A stretch of DNA of 64,000 bases from Gemmatimonadota bacterium (GCA_003251175.1 QKHC01000030.1:5228-69227), one strand, 5' to 3'; positions 43,841 through 53,784 are shown, numbered from the stretch's first letter. Notes: a model not told the origin generated them from the sequence alone. Translations and numbers: made by a program.

Positions 43841-44764
43841 GTGCAGACGCGTCAGGATTTCATCGTCGGCCTGCTGATCGTCGTCGCTATCGGAACGCTG
43901 CTCGGAACGCTGATCGCCACCAGCGGCTGGGGCGAGGGGCGCTACGACCTGTTCTTGCGCTCCGCGAGCGCGGAAGGAATCACCACCGGGAGCCGCGTCA
44001 TCCTCCAGGGCCTCGAAGTCGGACGCGTGCGCAGCGTCTCGCCGCGCGCCGATTCCACGAGCCGGCAGGTGTCGTTCATCTCGCGGCTGTCGATCCGCGA
44101 GCGATTTCCCGATGGGTGGGCGCTGGCGCTGCCGCGCGGCACGCGAGCCGAGCTGGTGCAGGTGAGTCAGATCTCGACCGGCGTGGACATCCAGCTCATC
44201 CTCCCGGAAAGCGGGCCGGCTGGATCGCTCGAGGCGGGCGACACGCTGGTGGCCACCCGCCGCGGTTCCGCCCTCGAGACCATCACGGCCACGGCTGGCG
44301 AGTTGTCCACCGACGTCAAGGAGGTCCTGCAACAGACGACACGCACCCTCGTGAAGCTCCAGGGCTCGCTGGCCACCGTCGACGCCGCCGTCACGGCCAT
44401 CGTCCCCGACGTGCGCGCCACGGTCGCCAACGCGGCCACGACCATGGGCCGGGTGGACGCGCTGCTCGCGAGCGTGCAGGACAACGCCCTGCCCGACTCG
44501 GTCACCGCGACCCTCGCGTCGACCAATCGACTGGTGCAGCGGCTCGATTCGCTGACGACGGACGCGGAGGCGATGATGGCCGAGAACCGCGCCGCGATCA
44601 ATACGGCGATGGCCAACATCACGATCGCGACCCGGCAGCTCAATCACTTCCTCGAGGAGGCGTCGCGTCGTCCCTATCGGCTGTTCACGGGCATCAAACC
44701 CCTGCCGATCGACTCGCTGGCCGACAGCAGCGGCGCCCTCCCGCCCCCCGACGAGCGTCCGTGA
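43841..44764 (+). CDS. mlaD: MlaD/MCE-domain protein
   Basis: N-terminal TM helix (FIVGLLIVVAIGTLLG), an MCE core 'VILQGLEVGRVRSV', and a long helical C-terminus. Confidence 0.75.
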   Translation: MQTRQDFIVGLLIVVAIGTLLGTLIATSGWGEGRYDLFLRSASAEGITTGSRVILQGLEVGRVRSVSPRADSTSRQVSFISRLSIRERFPDGWALALPRGTRAELVQVSQISTGVDIQLILPESGPAGSLEAGDTLVATRRGSALETITATAGELSTDVKEVLQQTTRTLVKLQGSLATVDAAVTAIVPDVRATVANAATTMGRVDALLASVQDNALPDSVTATLASTNRLVQRLDSLTTDAEAMMAENRAAINTAMANITIATRQLNHFLEEASRRPYRLFTGIKPLPIDSLADSSGALPPPDERP

Positions 44765-46698
44765 ACTACGCGCTGCTCCACACGCCGCACTGGTCCCCCC
44801 GGGGGCTGCTGGCGCTGCTCCCCGATCCGCGCATCGAGATTCGCGAGATCTCGCATGCGAGGGAGCTGATCGAGGAAGACCGGCCCACCGTCTTCGTCCT
44901 CGACGTCGAAAGCCGGCCGGACTTCCCAGCCGACGTGCTCCGCGCCTTCGTCGACGCCGGCGGCGCCATCGTCGCGCTCGGCGCCCCCGACGAATCCGAC
45001 GTCCCCGATCTGCTCCCGGGCGAGCTGCTGTCGGGGTTCGTGCGCCACCCCGCCGGCGACCGGCAGATGTTCGTGTCGGTGCGGGCCGGTTACCGGGAGG
45101 CGGCCGCCCGCCTGGAAACGGCGCGCGCCCGCCACGAGGCGTGGGAGCGTGGACGCGAAGCCCAGGAGCTTACGCGCATCGGCGTCGCGCTCGGTGCCGA
45201 GCGGCGCACCCCCGTACTGCTCGAGCAGATCCTCACCCTCGCCCGGCAGATCACCACGTCGGACGCCGGCAGCCTCTACCTGGTGGAAACGACCGACCAG
45301 GGAGCCAAACGGCTGCGCTTCCGACTGGCCCAGAATCACTCCAAGCCCGACGTCCCCCTGGTGGACTTCACGATCCCGGTCAACCGGGCGAGCCTCGCGG
45401 GGTATACCGCGACGACCGGGGAGCCGCTGGTCATCGACGACGCGTATTTCCTGCCGCCCGACGTGGAATACACGATCGACCGCTCGTTCGACCAACGACA
45501 CGGCTACCGCACCAAGTCGATGCTCGTGATCCCGATGAAGGACCACCGCGAAGAGATCATCGGGGTGGTGCAGCTCATCAACCGCAAGCGCAACTTCGAG
45601 GCCCTGCTGGTCACGCCCGAAGACGTCGATCGGGAAGTAGTTCCCTATTCGAAGCGCCTGGTGGAGCTGGCGACGGCACTCGCCGGCCAGGCGGGGGTGG
45701 CCATCGAGAACGCCCAGCTGATCCAGGACATCGAAAACCTGTTCGAGGGATTCGTCAACGCGGCAGTGATCGCGATCGAGCAGCGCGACCCGGTGACCAG
45801 CGGCCACTCGGGCCGCGTCGCCCGCATGACCGTCGGCCTGGCGGAGGTCGTGAACCGGGTCTCGGCCGGACCCCTTCGGGAGCTCCGGTTCTCCGATGAG
45901 CAGATCCGTGAGATCAAGTACGCCGGCCTGCTGCACGACTTCGGCAAGGTGGGTGTGCGGGAGCACGTCCTGCAGAAGGAAAAGAAGCTCCCGGACGTCA
46001 ACCTCAAGGTCCTGATGGAACGGCACGCCTTCGTGCGCCGCACCGCCGAGCGGACCTTCTGGCAGCGACGGGCCGAGTACCTCGAGCGACACGGGAACGA
46101 TGGATTCGCCGCGTTCCTCGCGGACCTGGAAGCTGCTCACCGCACCGAGCTCGCGGAGCTGGACCGCTTTCTCAAGGTGGTGCTGCAGGCCAACGAGCCC
46201 ACGGTACTCGCCAACGACGCCGCCGAGGGGCTCGAAGCGCTCGCCGACCGGACCTACGAGACCCTGGAGGGGGAACTGCGCCCGTTCCTCGATCCGCTGG
46301 AAGTGCGGTACCTGAGCATCCCCAAGGGCAGCCTCAGCGAGGACGAGCGGCGCGAGATCGAGGACCACGTGACCCATACCTACAACTTTCTCAAGGACAT
46401 CCCCTGGACGAAGGAGCTGGAGGACGTCCCCAAGATCGCTTGGGGTCACCACGAGAAGCTCGACGGTCGCGGATATCCCCGCCGCATTCACGGTGAGGCG
46501 ATCCCCCTGCCCACGCGCATGATGACGATCTCGGACATCTACGACGCGCTGACGGCGAAGGATCGGCCCTACAAGCTGGCGGTGGCGCGCGACCGCGCGC
46601 TCGACATCCTGGCCAGCGAAGTGAAGAGCGGGCAACTCGACGGCGAGCTGTTTCGGCTGTTCGTCGAGGGGCAGGTGTTCGAGAAGGGGATCGGCTAG
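44761..46698 (+). CDS. Pseudo-receiver + GAF + HD-GYP domain protein (putative c-di-GMP phosphodiesterase)
   Basis: The GTG overlaps the mlaD stop (GTGA). GAF region 'SDAGSLYLVE...MLVIPMKD'. HD-GYP 'HSGRVARM...LLHDFGKV...HHEKLDGRGYP'. Confidence 0.85.
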   Translation: MNYALLHTPHWSPRGLLALLPDPRIEIREISHARELIEEDRPTVFVLDVESRPDFPADVLRAFVDAGGAIVALGAPDESDVPDLLPGELLSGFVRHPAGDRQMFVSVRAGYREAAARLETARARHEAWERGREAQELTRIGVALGAERRTPVLLEQILTLARQITTSDAGSLYLVETTDQGAKRLRFRLAQNHSKPDVPLVDFTIPVNRASLAGYTATTGEPLVIDDAYFLPPDVEYTIDRSFDQRHGYRTKSMLVIPMKDHREEIIGVVQLINRKRNFEALLVTPEDVDREVVPYSKRLVELATALAGQAGVAIENAQLIQDIENLFEGFVNAAVIAIEQRDPVTSGHSGRVARMTVGLAEVVNRVSAGPLRELRFSDEQIREIKYAGLLHDFGKVGVREHVLQKEKKLPDVNLKVLMERHAFVRRTAERTFWQRRAEYLERHGNDGFAAFLADLEAAHRTELAELDRFLKVVLQANEPTVLANDAAEGLEALADRTYETLEGELRPFLDPLEVRYLSIPKGSLSEDERREIEDHVTHTYNFLKDIPWTKELEDVPKIAWGHHEKLDGRGYPRRIHGEAIPLPTRMMTISDIYDALTAKDRPYKLAVARDRALDILASEVKSGQLDGELFRLFVEGQVFEKGIG

Positions 46699-47051
46699 GC
46701 GAGCAGCAGCTTCACGGAAACCAGGAGCAGTAACGCCCCGAACGCACGGCGCAGTGCCACGCTCGAGATCTCGCCCGCGAACTTCGCGCCCACCAGTGCC
46801 CCGATCAGCAACCCCACCGCGATGAGCGCCGCGTAGGGCACGTTGACCTGTCCACGCCGGTGGTACTCGATCACCCCCAGCAGGCCGACCGGGAGCAGCA
46901 GCGCGCCCAGCGACGTCCCGTTGGCGACGTGCTGATCGAGCCGGACCAGCAGGACCAACGCCGGGACGATCACGATGCCGCCACCCACCCCGAACAGGCC
47001 GGAGAGCACCCCGGCGGTGAGCCCGACGAGTCCCACCACGACGTAGTTCAT
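46695..47051 (-). CDS. Half-size TauE/SafE (TSUP) family membrane protein
   Basis: 118 aa. 'GLTAGVLSGLFGVGGGIVIVPALV' is the TSUP signature. About 4 TM helices. Confidence 0.7.
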   Translation of the reverse strand: MNYVVVGLVGLTAGVLSGLFGVGGGIVIVPALVLLVRLDQHVANGTSLGALLLPVGLLGVIEYHRRGQVNVPYAALIAVGLLIGALVGAKFAGEISSVALRRAFGALLLLVSVKLLLA

Positions 47052-48569
47052 TGTTCCTCCGAGGGTGATCCGTAGCCGCCGCCGCCCGGCGTCTCGATCC
47101 GCAGCACATCGCCAGCCATCAGTTGCACGGTCGCCTTCGCCGGCACCGCACGTCCATTCACCAGATTGGCGCCGGGCGTCCCGGCGGCACCGCCCGCAGC
47201 GCCCCGCGGCGCGTGGCGGCGCCGCTCGGTGAGTAAACTGACCTCGACGGGGGCCAGCGCTTCATACTCCCGCACCACACCATCCCCACCGCGCCAGTGC
47301 CCTGCACCGCCGGTTCCCCACCGCCGGGCGTAGCGGCGCAACCTCCAGCACCTCAACTGGGGTGTTTCGCGTATTCGACATCCCGACATGCACACCGCTC
47401 GGCCCAGCGGCGGACGGACCCGCGCCCTGCCCGCCTCCGATCGTCTCGTAGTACGTCCAGCCGGCGGCTGTCCCCGCCGCGCGACCCCCGAAGGTCACGT
47501 TGTTCATCGTGCCCTGTCCCTGGGCCGGCACCGGCACGCCTGCCTCCGCCAGTGCCCCGAACAGGGCATCCGCGATGCGTTGGGAGGTTTCGACGTTGCC
47601 CGCGGCGACAGCGCTCGGCGGGCGGGCGTTCACCAGACACCCCGGCGGGGCCGTCAGCCGCACGGCGCGCTCGACTCCGCCGTTCATCGGAACGTCCTCG
47701 GGAAGCAGGGTGCGCACGACGAACAGCACGGCTGAGCGCGTAACCGCGAGCGGGCAGTTGGTGTTGCCACCGACGGCGGGGGCCGTACCGCGAAAATCGA
47801 CGTACAGCTCCCCTTCCGCGAGCTCCACGCGTACCGCGATGGCGGTATCGTCAGGCGAAATCCCATCGCCCTCGAGCCAGTCGGTCACCGCCCCCTGCCG
47901 GGCCCCGAACCCGCCGAGGACACTGCGAGTGCGACGCTCCACGTAGTCGAGCAGGTCGCCCGCCGCATCGCGAACTCCCCCGGCCCCGTAGCGCCGCACC
48001 AGCGCGCGCAGCTGGTCAGCACCGCGCGCCACCGCCGCGCGCTGCGCGGCCAGATCGCCACGACGCACCGCCGGCGTCCGCACGTTCGCCAGCAGCACCT
48101 GCTCCACTTCGTCCGTCCAGCGAACCGGCGGGAGGATCAGTCCTTCGGCGTACAGCTCCCGCGCGCCAGCCGGCATCGAACCGGGGGTCGCCCCGCCCAC
48201 ATCCGAATGATGCGCGCGTACCACCGCGTAGCCCCCGACCTCCCCGAGCACATCGACCGCCTCGATGAGCGTGAGGTCGGGCAGATGCGAGCCGCCGTGA
48301 TACGGATCGTTCAACACGAACTGCTCCCCCGGACGCGGCGCGAGCTCCCGGACGGCGGCAACGGCGTCGGCGAGCGCCCCCAGGTGCACCGGGATGTGCG
48401 CCGCCTGCGCCAGCATCACTCCCGCGGGATCGAACAGCGCCGCCGAGGCATCGCGCCGCTCCCGGATGTTGGGAGAGCGGGCGCTGTGGACGAGCACCAG
48501 TCCCATTTCCTCGGCCACGCTGGCGAATGCCTCCGCCATGACCTCCAGGCCGACGGCGTCGAGGCTCAC
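47048..48569 (-). pseudogene. hyuB: Hydantoinase B / oxoprolinase subunit, reading frame broken near 47320-47345
   Basis: The 435-aa ORF carries 'GMSNTRNTPVEVLE', then runs into nonsense. The overlapping 115-aa ORF in another frame carries the expected C-terminus '[19 protein letters not shown]...[10 protein letters not shown]'. Confidence 0.8.
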
Positions 48570-50572
48570 GGTGCGTCAGCCGCGCGGGCGAGATCGAGTG
48601 CCCCCGATGGGTGGACCCGGCCCACCCATCCCGGCTCGACCAGCGCGGTCGCATCCCCGCCAGCGAGGATGGCCGGGCCCGCGATCTCGAGACCCGCCGG
48701 GGTGTTGTCCAGCTCCCAGATACTGGCTGCTGCGCGACCGGGGCCGAGGGTGATGTCCCGTTGTCCGACTGGCGCGGCACGCCGCCCACCAGCCCTGAGC
48801 CGAGGCGTCGGCGCGGGCCGACGCGCGACGGCCCGCACGTTGACGACCTCGATGGCCGCCGCGTGGTCGGCATGCCCGTAGCGCGAGCGGTGCGCGACGC
48901 CGAACGCCTCACGCAGCGCCACGGGGTCGCCATCAGGCACGGGGACCGTCAGCTCGTATCCTTGTCCCGCGTAGCGGCACTCCGCGAAGCGCGCGAGCGC
49001 CCCGCCGGGCAGCTCGGCCTCGACCGCCGCCACCACCGGCGCCAGCGCACCCGCCAGCGCCTCAGCGTCGAGCTGGTCGAGCGCGCGATGTACCGACGCG
49101 GAGCGCTCGACCAGCTCGTCCGCCGCCGCCAGCCCCAGCGCGCTCAGGACACCGGGATGCGGCGGGATGAGCACGCGTCGCATGCCGAGCGCGTCGGCGA
49201 GCCGACATCCGAACAGCGGGCCCGCTCCCCCGAATGGGACGAGCGCCATGGTGCGCGGGTCCACGCCGCGGGCTACGCTGACGCGCTTGAGCGCGCGAGC
49301 CATGACGGCCGTCGCCACCGCGACGACACCCGCCGCCGCTCGCTCCACGTCACCCGAGAGTGCCGGCGCCAGCGTCGCCATCGCGCGCCGCGCGGCTGCC
49401 GGATCGAGTCTCACCCCGGCCAGCGGCTGACCGGCGTCGAGCCACCCGAGGATCAAGCAGGCGTCGGTGACCGTCGGCTGATCGCCGCCGCGGCCGTAGC
49501 AGGCCGGTCCCGGCACCGCACCCGCGCTTCGCGGACCAACGCGCAGCGCCCCGCCCGCGTCCACCCAGGCAATGCTGCCTCCCCCGGCGCTCACCGTCTC
49601 CACCAGCACCGCGGGGTGCGCCAGCGGCACGCCCCCGACCGCGTTGGATGCGCCGGTGAACACCGCGCCGTCGAGCACCAGCCCAGCGTCCGCACTGGTC
49701 CCGCCCATGTCGATCGTCAGGAGGTCGCGAGCGCCGACGGCCAGCCCGACCAGTCGTGCCCCCAGCACGCCGCCAGCAGGCCCCGACAGCGCCAACGTCG
49801 CGGCACGCACTGATGCCGCCGTGGGTGTGAGCGCACCGCCGGTGGACGTCATCACGCGCAGCTGCGCGCCACGCTCCGCCAGAGCCGCCGCGGCACGGCT
49901 GACGTACGCCCCCACATGAGGACGCAGGAAGGCCTCCGCCGTCGTCGTGGCGCATCGCTCGTACTCACGGAAAACCGGCAGGACCTCATGGCTGGTGACC
50001 ACCGGAGTGGCCCCGAGGGCGGCGGCGAGCGCGCCGGCGAGCCGCCGCTCGTGCCCCGGGTGACGAAACGAAAACAGCAGGCAGATGGCCACCGCCTGCG
50101 GCGCCCGCTCGGCCACCCCCGCCACCACCCGACGCACCTCTTCGTCCGTGAGCGAGACGACCACGCCCTCCGGCCCCATGCGCTCGACCACCCCCAGGAC
50201 GTCATCGCGCGCGACAAGCGGCGGGGGGTGGTCGCGGGCGAGGTCGTACAGGGCGGGCCGATCCTGACGCCGCAGCCACAGCAGATCCTCGAACCCCGCC
50301 GTGGTCAGCAGCACCACGCGGGCCCCGGTGCGTTCCAGGAGCGCGTTCGTCGCAACGGTTGTTCCATGGACGACGAGCGTCGCCATGTCAGCCCCCGCCC
50401 CGGCCCCCGCCGCGCGATCGTCGCGATAGTGCCGATGGGCCGTGAGCATCGCCCGGGCCGGATCGGCGGGCGTGGATGGGATTTTCGCGACACCCAAGCT
50501 CCCGTCCGGCTCGAGCGCCACCAGGTCGGTGAACGTGCCGCCGACATCCACCCCGAGCCGGGCGCCCGTCAT
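48566..50572 (-). CDS. hyuA: Hydantoinase A / oxoprolinase subunit
   Basis: 'MTGARLGVDVGGTFTDLV' N-terminus at the ATG at 50572, which overlaps the lnt stop (ATGA). The track ORF's 300-aa upstream extension lies inside lnt. Confidence 0.85.
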   Translation of the reverse strand: MTGARLGVDVGGTFTDLVALEPDGSLGVAKIPSTPADPARAMLTAHRHYRDDRAAGAGAGADMATLVVHGTTVATNALLERTGARVVLLTTAGFEDLLWLRRQDRPALYDLARDHPPPLVARDDVLGVVERMGPEGVVVSLTDEEVRRVVAGVAERAPQAVAICLLFSFRHPGHERRLAGALAAALGATPVVTSHEVLPVFREYERCATTTAEAFLRPHVGAYVSRAAAALAERGAQLRVMTSTGGALTPTAASVRAATLALSGPAGGVLGARLVGLAVGARDLLTIDMGGTSADAGLVLDGAVFTGASNAVGGVPLAHPAVLVETVSAGGGSIAWVDAGGALRVGPRSAGAVPGPACYGRGGDQPTVTDACLILGWLDAGQPLAGVRLDPAAARRAMATLAPALSGDVERAAAGVVAVATAVMARALKRVSVARGVDPRTMALVPFGGAGPLFGCRLADALGMRRVLIPPHPGVLSALGLAAADELVERSASVHRALDQLDAEALAGALAPVVAAVEAELPGGALARFAECRYAGQGYELTVPVPDGDPVALREAFGVAHRSRYGHADHAAAIEVVNVRAVARRPAPTPRLRAGGRRAAPVGQRDITLGPGRAAASIWELDNTPAGLEIAGPAILAGGDATALVEPGWVGRVHPSGALDLARAADAP

Positions 50573-52122
50573 GAGGACTGCGGGCGGCGGCGGATCACGA
50601 CGACGGCCAGTCCCAGCGTCGCCAGCACCGCGACCGCACCGACCCAGTCGCCCCAGCGCACGTAGACGGTGGTGACGTCGCTGGTCCGCAGGCGGTCCGC
50701 GATCAGGGCCTCTGTCTCGAGCGCCGTGGCGGCGTAGACGTGGCCGAGCGGATCCACGAACTCGCTGATCCCGGAGTTGGCCGCGCGGGCCACGCCCATG
50801 CGGGTCTCGATCGCCCGCAGCACCAGGTGGCTGGCGTGCTGCGCGGGGGCGGTCGTGCGCCCGAACCAGGCATCGTTGGTGATGTTGACGAGGAAGTCCG
50901 CGCCAGCCCGCCGGTACCGTCGCGGCAGATCCTCGAAGGCGGACTCGTAGCAGATGATGACGCCGAAGCGGCCGATCGCCGCGGTGTACACGGGGAGATC
51001 TCGGCCGCGCGCGAATCCCCCAGACCACCGCGCCAGACCGGGGATGCGACGGAACCACCGTACCGGGAAGAACGGCACCCGCTCGGTGACGGGGACCAGG
51101 TAGCGTTTCCCGTACACGGGGTACGGACGCCACCGACCCGCCGAATCGAAATAGAAAGCCGCGTTGTAGCGAGCGTCGCTTCCGTCGTCGTGGAGCTCGG
51201 CGAAGAGACCGCCCGCGAGCAGCGGGGTGTGGCGCTCCCGGACGAGCCGCGCGATGTCGGCATCCCAGTCGGGGCGGCCCTGCAGGTAGCCGGGCATCGC
51301 GGCTTCCGGCCACACCAGGAGATCGGGCCGCGCGAGCGCGTACACGCGACGGGACAGGTCGAGCAGCCTCCCCATCACGCTGTCGGCGGGGCGCTCCCAC
51401 TTCTCGTCGAACCCCTCGTTCGGCTGCACCATGCCGACGATGCCCACATCCCGCACCCGGAGCGAGCGGGTGCGCCACATGCCGTAGGTCACTGCAGCGA
51501 GCAGCGACAGGGCGAGCGCCCCGGTGCCCCGGAGCGCGGCGCGGCGCCCCCTGCCTTGCGCGCGGCCGCCCCAGGCGAGCGCCACATCGACCAGCACCAC
51601 GTTACACCAGACGAGCCACAGGGTGACGCCGCGGGCTCCGGCGAGGTCGGCCCATTGGATCAGGCTCGGGGCGTCCGCCAGCGACGTGCCCAATCCGAGC
51701 CATGGGAAGCGGATGTCGCCCTGATGGCCAACCCACCACTCGAGGGCGGTCCAGGCGAGCGGCAGCGCCACCCACAACGGGACCCGGGCTCGAATCCCCG
51801 CCGCCGCAACGAGCCAGAACAGCACCCCGCTGTACACGGCGAGGATCGCGATGGTGGCCAGGAACCCGAGCACGGACAGGCGCGTGAAGTGCCACAGCGC
51901 CACCGCGATCCAGTACAGCACCAGACCCTGCGAGGCGGCACCGTACGCAACTCCCCAGCGGAAGGCCCACGCGAGGTCCCCCGTCGTAATGGCCGTGCGC
52001 AACAGCAGCACCGCCGGGGCGATGGCGACGAACGACAGCAGCGGCAGCTGGAAGGGCGGATAGGCGGCCGCGAGCAATACCGCGCCGGCGGCGGTGAGCA
52101 GCCCGGCGCGGCGGCGGCTCAC
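50569..52122 (-). CDS. lnt: Apolipoprotein N-acyltransferase
   Basis: Polytopic N-terminal domain plus a CN-hydrolase domain ('WPEAA', 'YGKRYLVP', 'VIICYESAF'). The GTG start is 7 nt after the upstream stop. Confidence 0.85.
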   Translation of the reverse strand: MSRRRAGLLTAAGAVLLAAAYPPFQLPLLSFVAIAPAVLLLRTAITTGDLAWAFRWGVAYGAASQGLVLYWIAVALWHFTRLSVLGFLATIAILAVYSGVLFWLVAAAGIRARVPLWVALPLAWTALEWWVGHQGDIRFPWLGLGTSLADAPSLIQWADLAGARGVTLWLVWCNVVLVDVALAWGGRAQGRGRRAALRGTGALALSLLAAVTYGMWRTRSLRVRDVGIVGMVQPNEGFDEKWERPADSVMGRLLDLSRRVYALARPDLLVWPEAAMPGYLQGRPDWDADIARLVRERHTPLLAGGLFAELHDDGSDARYNAAFYFDSAGRWRPYPVYGKRYLVPVTERVPFFPVRWFRRIPGLARWSGGFARGRDLPVYTAAIGRFGVIICYESAFEDLPRRYRRAGADFLVNITNDAWFGRTTAPAQHASHLVLRAIETRMGVARAANSGISEFVDPLGHVYAATALETEALIADRLRTSDVTTVYVRWGDWVGAVAVLATLGLAVVVIRRRPQSS

Positions 52123-52129
52123 AGGCAGC

Positions 52130-53137
52130 TCACAGGGTGATGTCGCGCCCCTCGTCCGCCGAGCGGTAGAGGGCGTCGAGCACGCGCTGCACCGCCAGCT
52201 GGTCGCGCGGCGGCGGTGCGTTGACGTCACCGCGGATGACGGCCAGGAAATATGTCCACTCGGCCCGGTACGACTGCGTGAACTGCGTCTCCCGGCCGCT
52301 CGCTCCGCGTGGCGTGAGGTCGGCCACGGTGCCGTGCGCCTCCCGGAACACGCGCAGCGGGTTGATCGCGGCCGAGCCGCGCGTGCCGCTGAGATCGAAC
52401 CAGAATCGCTCGCCGTCGCCGATGTGCGCCCAGTTCACGTCCACCGAGATGGACATGCCGGTGTCGCACACGATCAGCGCCGTGCCCAGCGCCTCGGTGG
52501 CATCGCCCGTGCGTCCCGGCAGATGGGCCGAGACGCGGTGCACCGCAGGCCAGCCAGTGATCCACAAGGCGAGATCGATGATCGGGAGCCCGAGGTCGAG
52601 CAACGCGCCCCCGCCCGCCTGCGGGCGCCGCAGCCGCCAGCCGAGCAGCTGGCGCGACGGCTGGAAGGTGTGCCAGCCGCCGCGCACTGCCTGCACGGCT
52701 CCGATGTCACCGCCGGCGAGGAAGCCGCGCACCGCCTGCACGTCCGAGCGAAACCGGTGGTTCATCCCCACCATGACCCGCCGACCGTGCCGCTCGCTCG
52801 CCGCCAGGACGCGCTCGACCCCGTCGAGCGTCAGGGCGAGTGGGCGCTCGCACAGCACGTGCGCCCCCGCCGAGAGGGCGGCGATCGCGTGGATCTCGTG
52901 CAGATGGTTGGGCACGCAGATCGCCAGCGCGTCGACGGGCGCGTGCCGCAGCACTTCCTCGATATCATCGTAGTATTCGGGCACCTCGAACCGCGCCGCC
53001 AGCGCCTGGGCCTTCCCGACGTCGGCGTCGCAGATCGCCGTGACCGTCACGCCGGGCATGCGGCGCAGCACCGGCAGGTGCGCCACCTGCGTGATCGCCC
53101 CGGCGCCGACGACGGCCACCCGGACGGGGTCGGTCAC
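52130..53137 (-). CDS. Gfo/Idh/MocA-family oxidoreductase
   Basis: 'VRVAVVGAGAITQVAHLPVL' Rossmann N-terminus and 'ERPLAL'. The GTG overlaps the upstream stop (GTGA). Confidence 0.8.
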   Translation of the reverse strand: MTDPVRVAVVGAGAITQVAHLPVLRRMPGVTVTAICDADVGKAQALAARFEVPEYYDDIEEVLRHAPVDALAICVPNHLHEIHAIAALSAGAHVLCERPLALTLDGVERVLAASERHGRRVMVGMNHRFRSDVQAVRGFLAGGDIGAVQAVRGGWHTFQPSRQLLGWRLRRPQAGGGALLDLGLPIIDLALWITGWPAVHRVSAHLPGRTGDATEALGTALIVCDTGMSISVDVNWAHIGDGERFWFDLSGTRGSAAINPLRVFREAHGTVADLTPRGASGRETQFTQSYRAEWTYFLAVIRGDVNAPPPRDQLAVQRVLDALYRSADEGRDITL

Positions 53138-53784
53138 CGCGCCTCCGGCAGGCGGTACATCAGGCCGAAGCGCACGGATCCGGTGGAGAGCTCGCTCGAC
53201 AGGACGCCGCGTGCGTCGATCGTGGCCCGCCACGCACCGGACAATCGCAGCTCGCCTCCGATCATCAGGTTGAGGGCCGCCGCGACGCCGTCGAGCGCGT
53301 CCTCCACGAACGTGCCGGCGATCCCCGGCCCACTGCCGTTGCGGAAATGCACGCCGACCCCCGCCCCGGCAAACACCGCTCCCGCCCGCGTCTCAACGAC
53401 AGCGTACTGGAGATCCGCGTCCACGGCGATGTCGGCCCACGACACCCGTCCGACCCGGATGGTGTCGTCACCGGATGGATCGATCACGATCTCTCGCAGC
53501 CGTGACTCGAACCGCGTGGTGGCCGCCGCGTCGAAGTCCGATCGGTAGTAGGAGACACCCAGGAGCACGCGGAACCGCGGGGCAAACCGTCCCGCATCAA
53601 GCCGCACCCCGCCGGCCACGGTCGCCTCGAGGTCGCTCGAGCCGAGGAATCCGATGTCGGCCTGAATGCCCGAGGGCCGCAGGTGATCGTAGGAGAACTC
53701 CTCCAGCACCGCCTGGGCCCCCAGCGCCGTCGGCGCGCCTGCGAGCGCCGCGAGGCAGAGGGCCCAGCTAGTAGATCCGGTCAA
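53134..53784 (-). CDS. Putative small outer-membrane beta-barrel protein
   Basis: Signal peptide ...PTALGAQA and alternating beta-strand-like pattern. The TTG start lies 17 nt inside the spoIID-like gene end. Confidence 0.4.
   Translation of the reverse strand: MTGSTSWALCLAALAGAPTALGAQAVLEEFSYDHLRPSGIQADIGFLGSSDLEATVAGGVRLDAGRFAPRFRVLLGVSYYRSDFDAAATTRFESRLREIVIDPSGDDTIRVGRVSWADIAVDADLQYAVVETRAGAVFAGAGVGVHFRNGSGPGIAGTFVEDALDGVAAALNLMIGGELRLSGAWRATIDARGVLSSELSTGSVRFGLMYRLPEAR

Noticed and set aside
44674-47109. 811-aa minus-strand ORF opposite the GAF-HD-GYP gene.
   Set aside because: The sense strand carries clear GAF and HD-GYP motifs. The antisense translation has no recognisable domains and would overlap the TauE-like gene out of frame.
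50573-51478. 300-aa N-terminal extension of the hyuA track ORF. The N-terminal extensions of the ORFs at 6140, 16002, 19790, 31017 and 44116 are similar cases.
   Set aside because: The extensions overlap upstream genes in other frames. The homology-supported N-termini begin at internal ATG/GTG codons that overlap the upstream stop codons.
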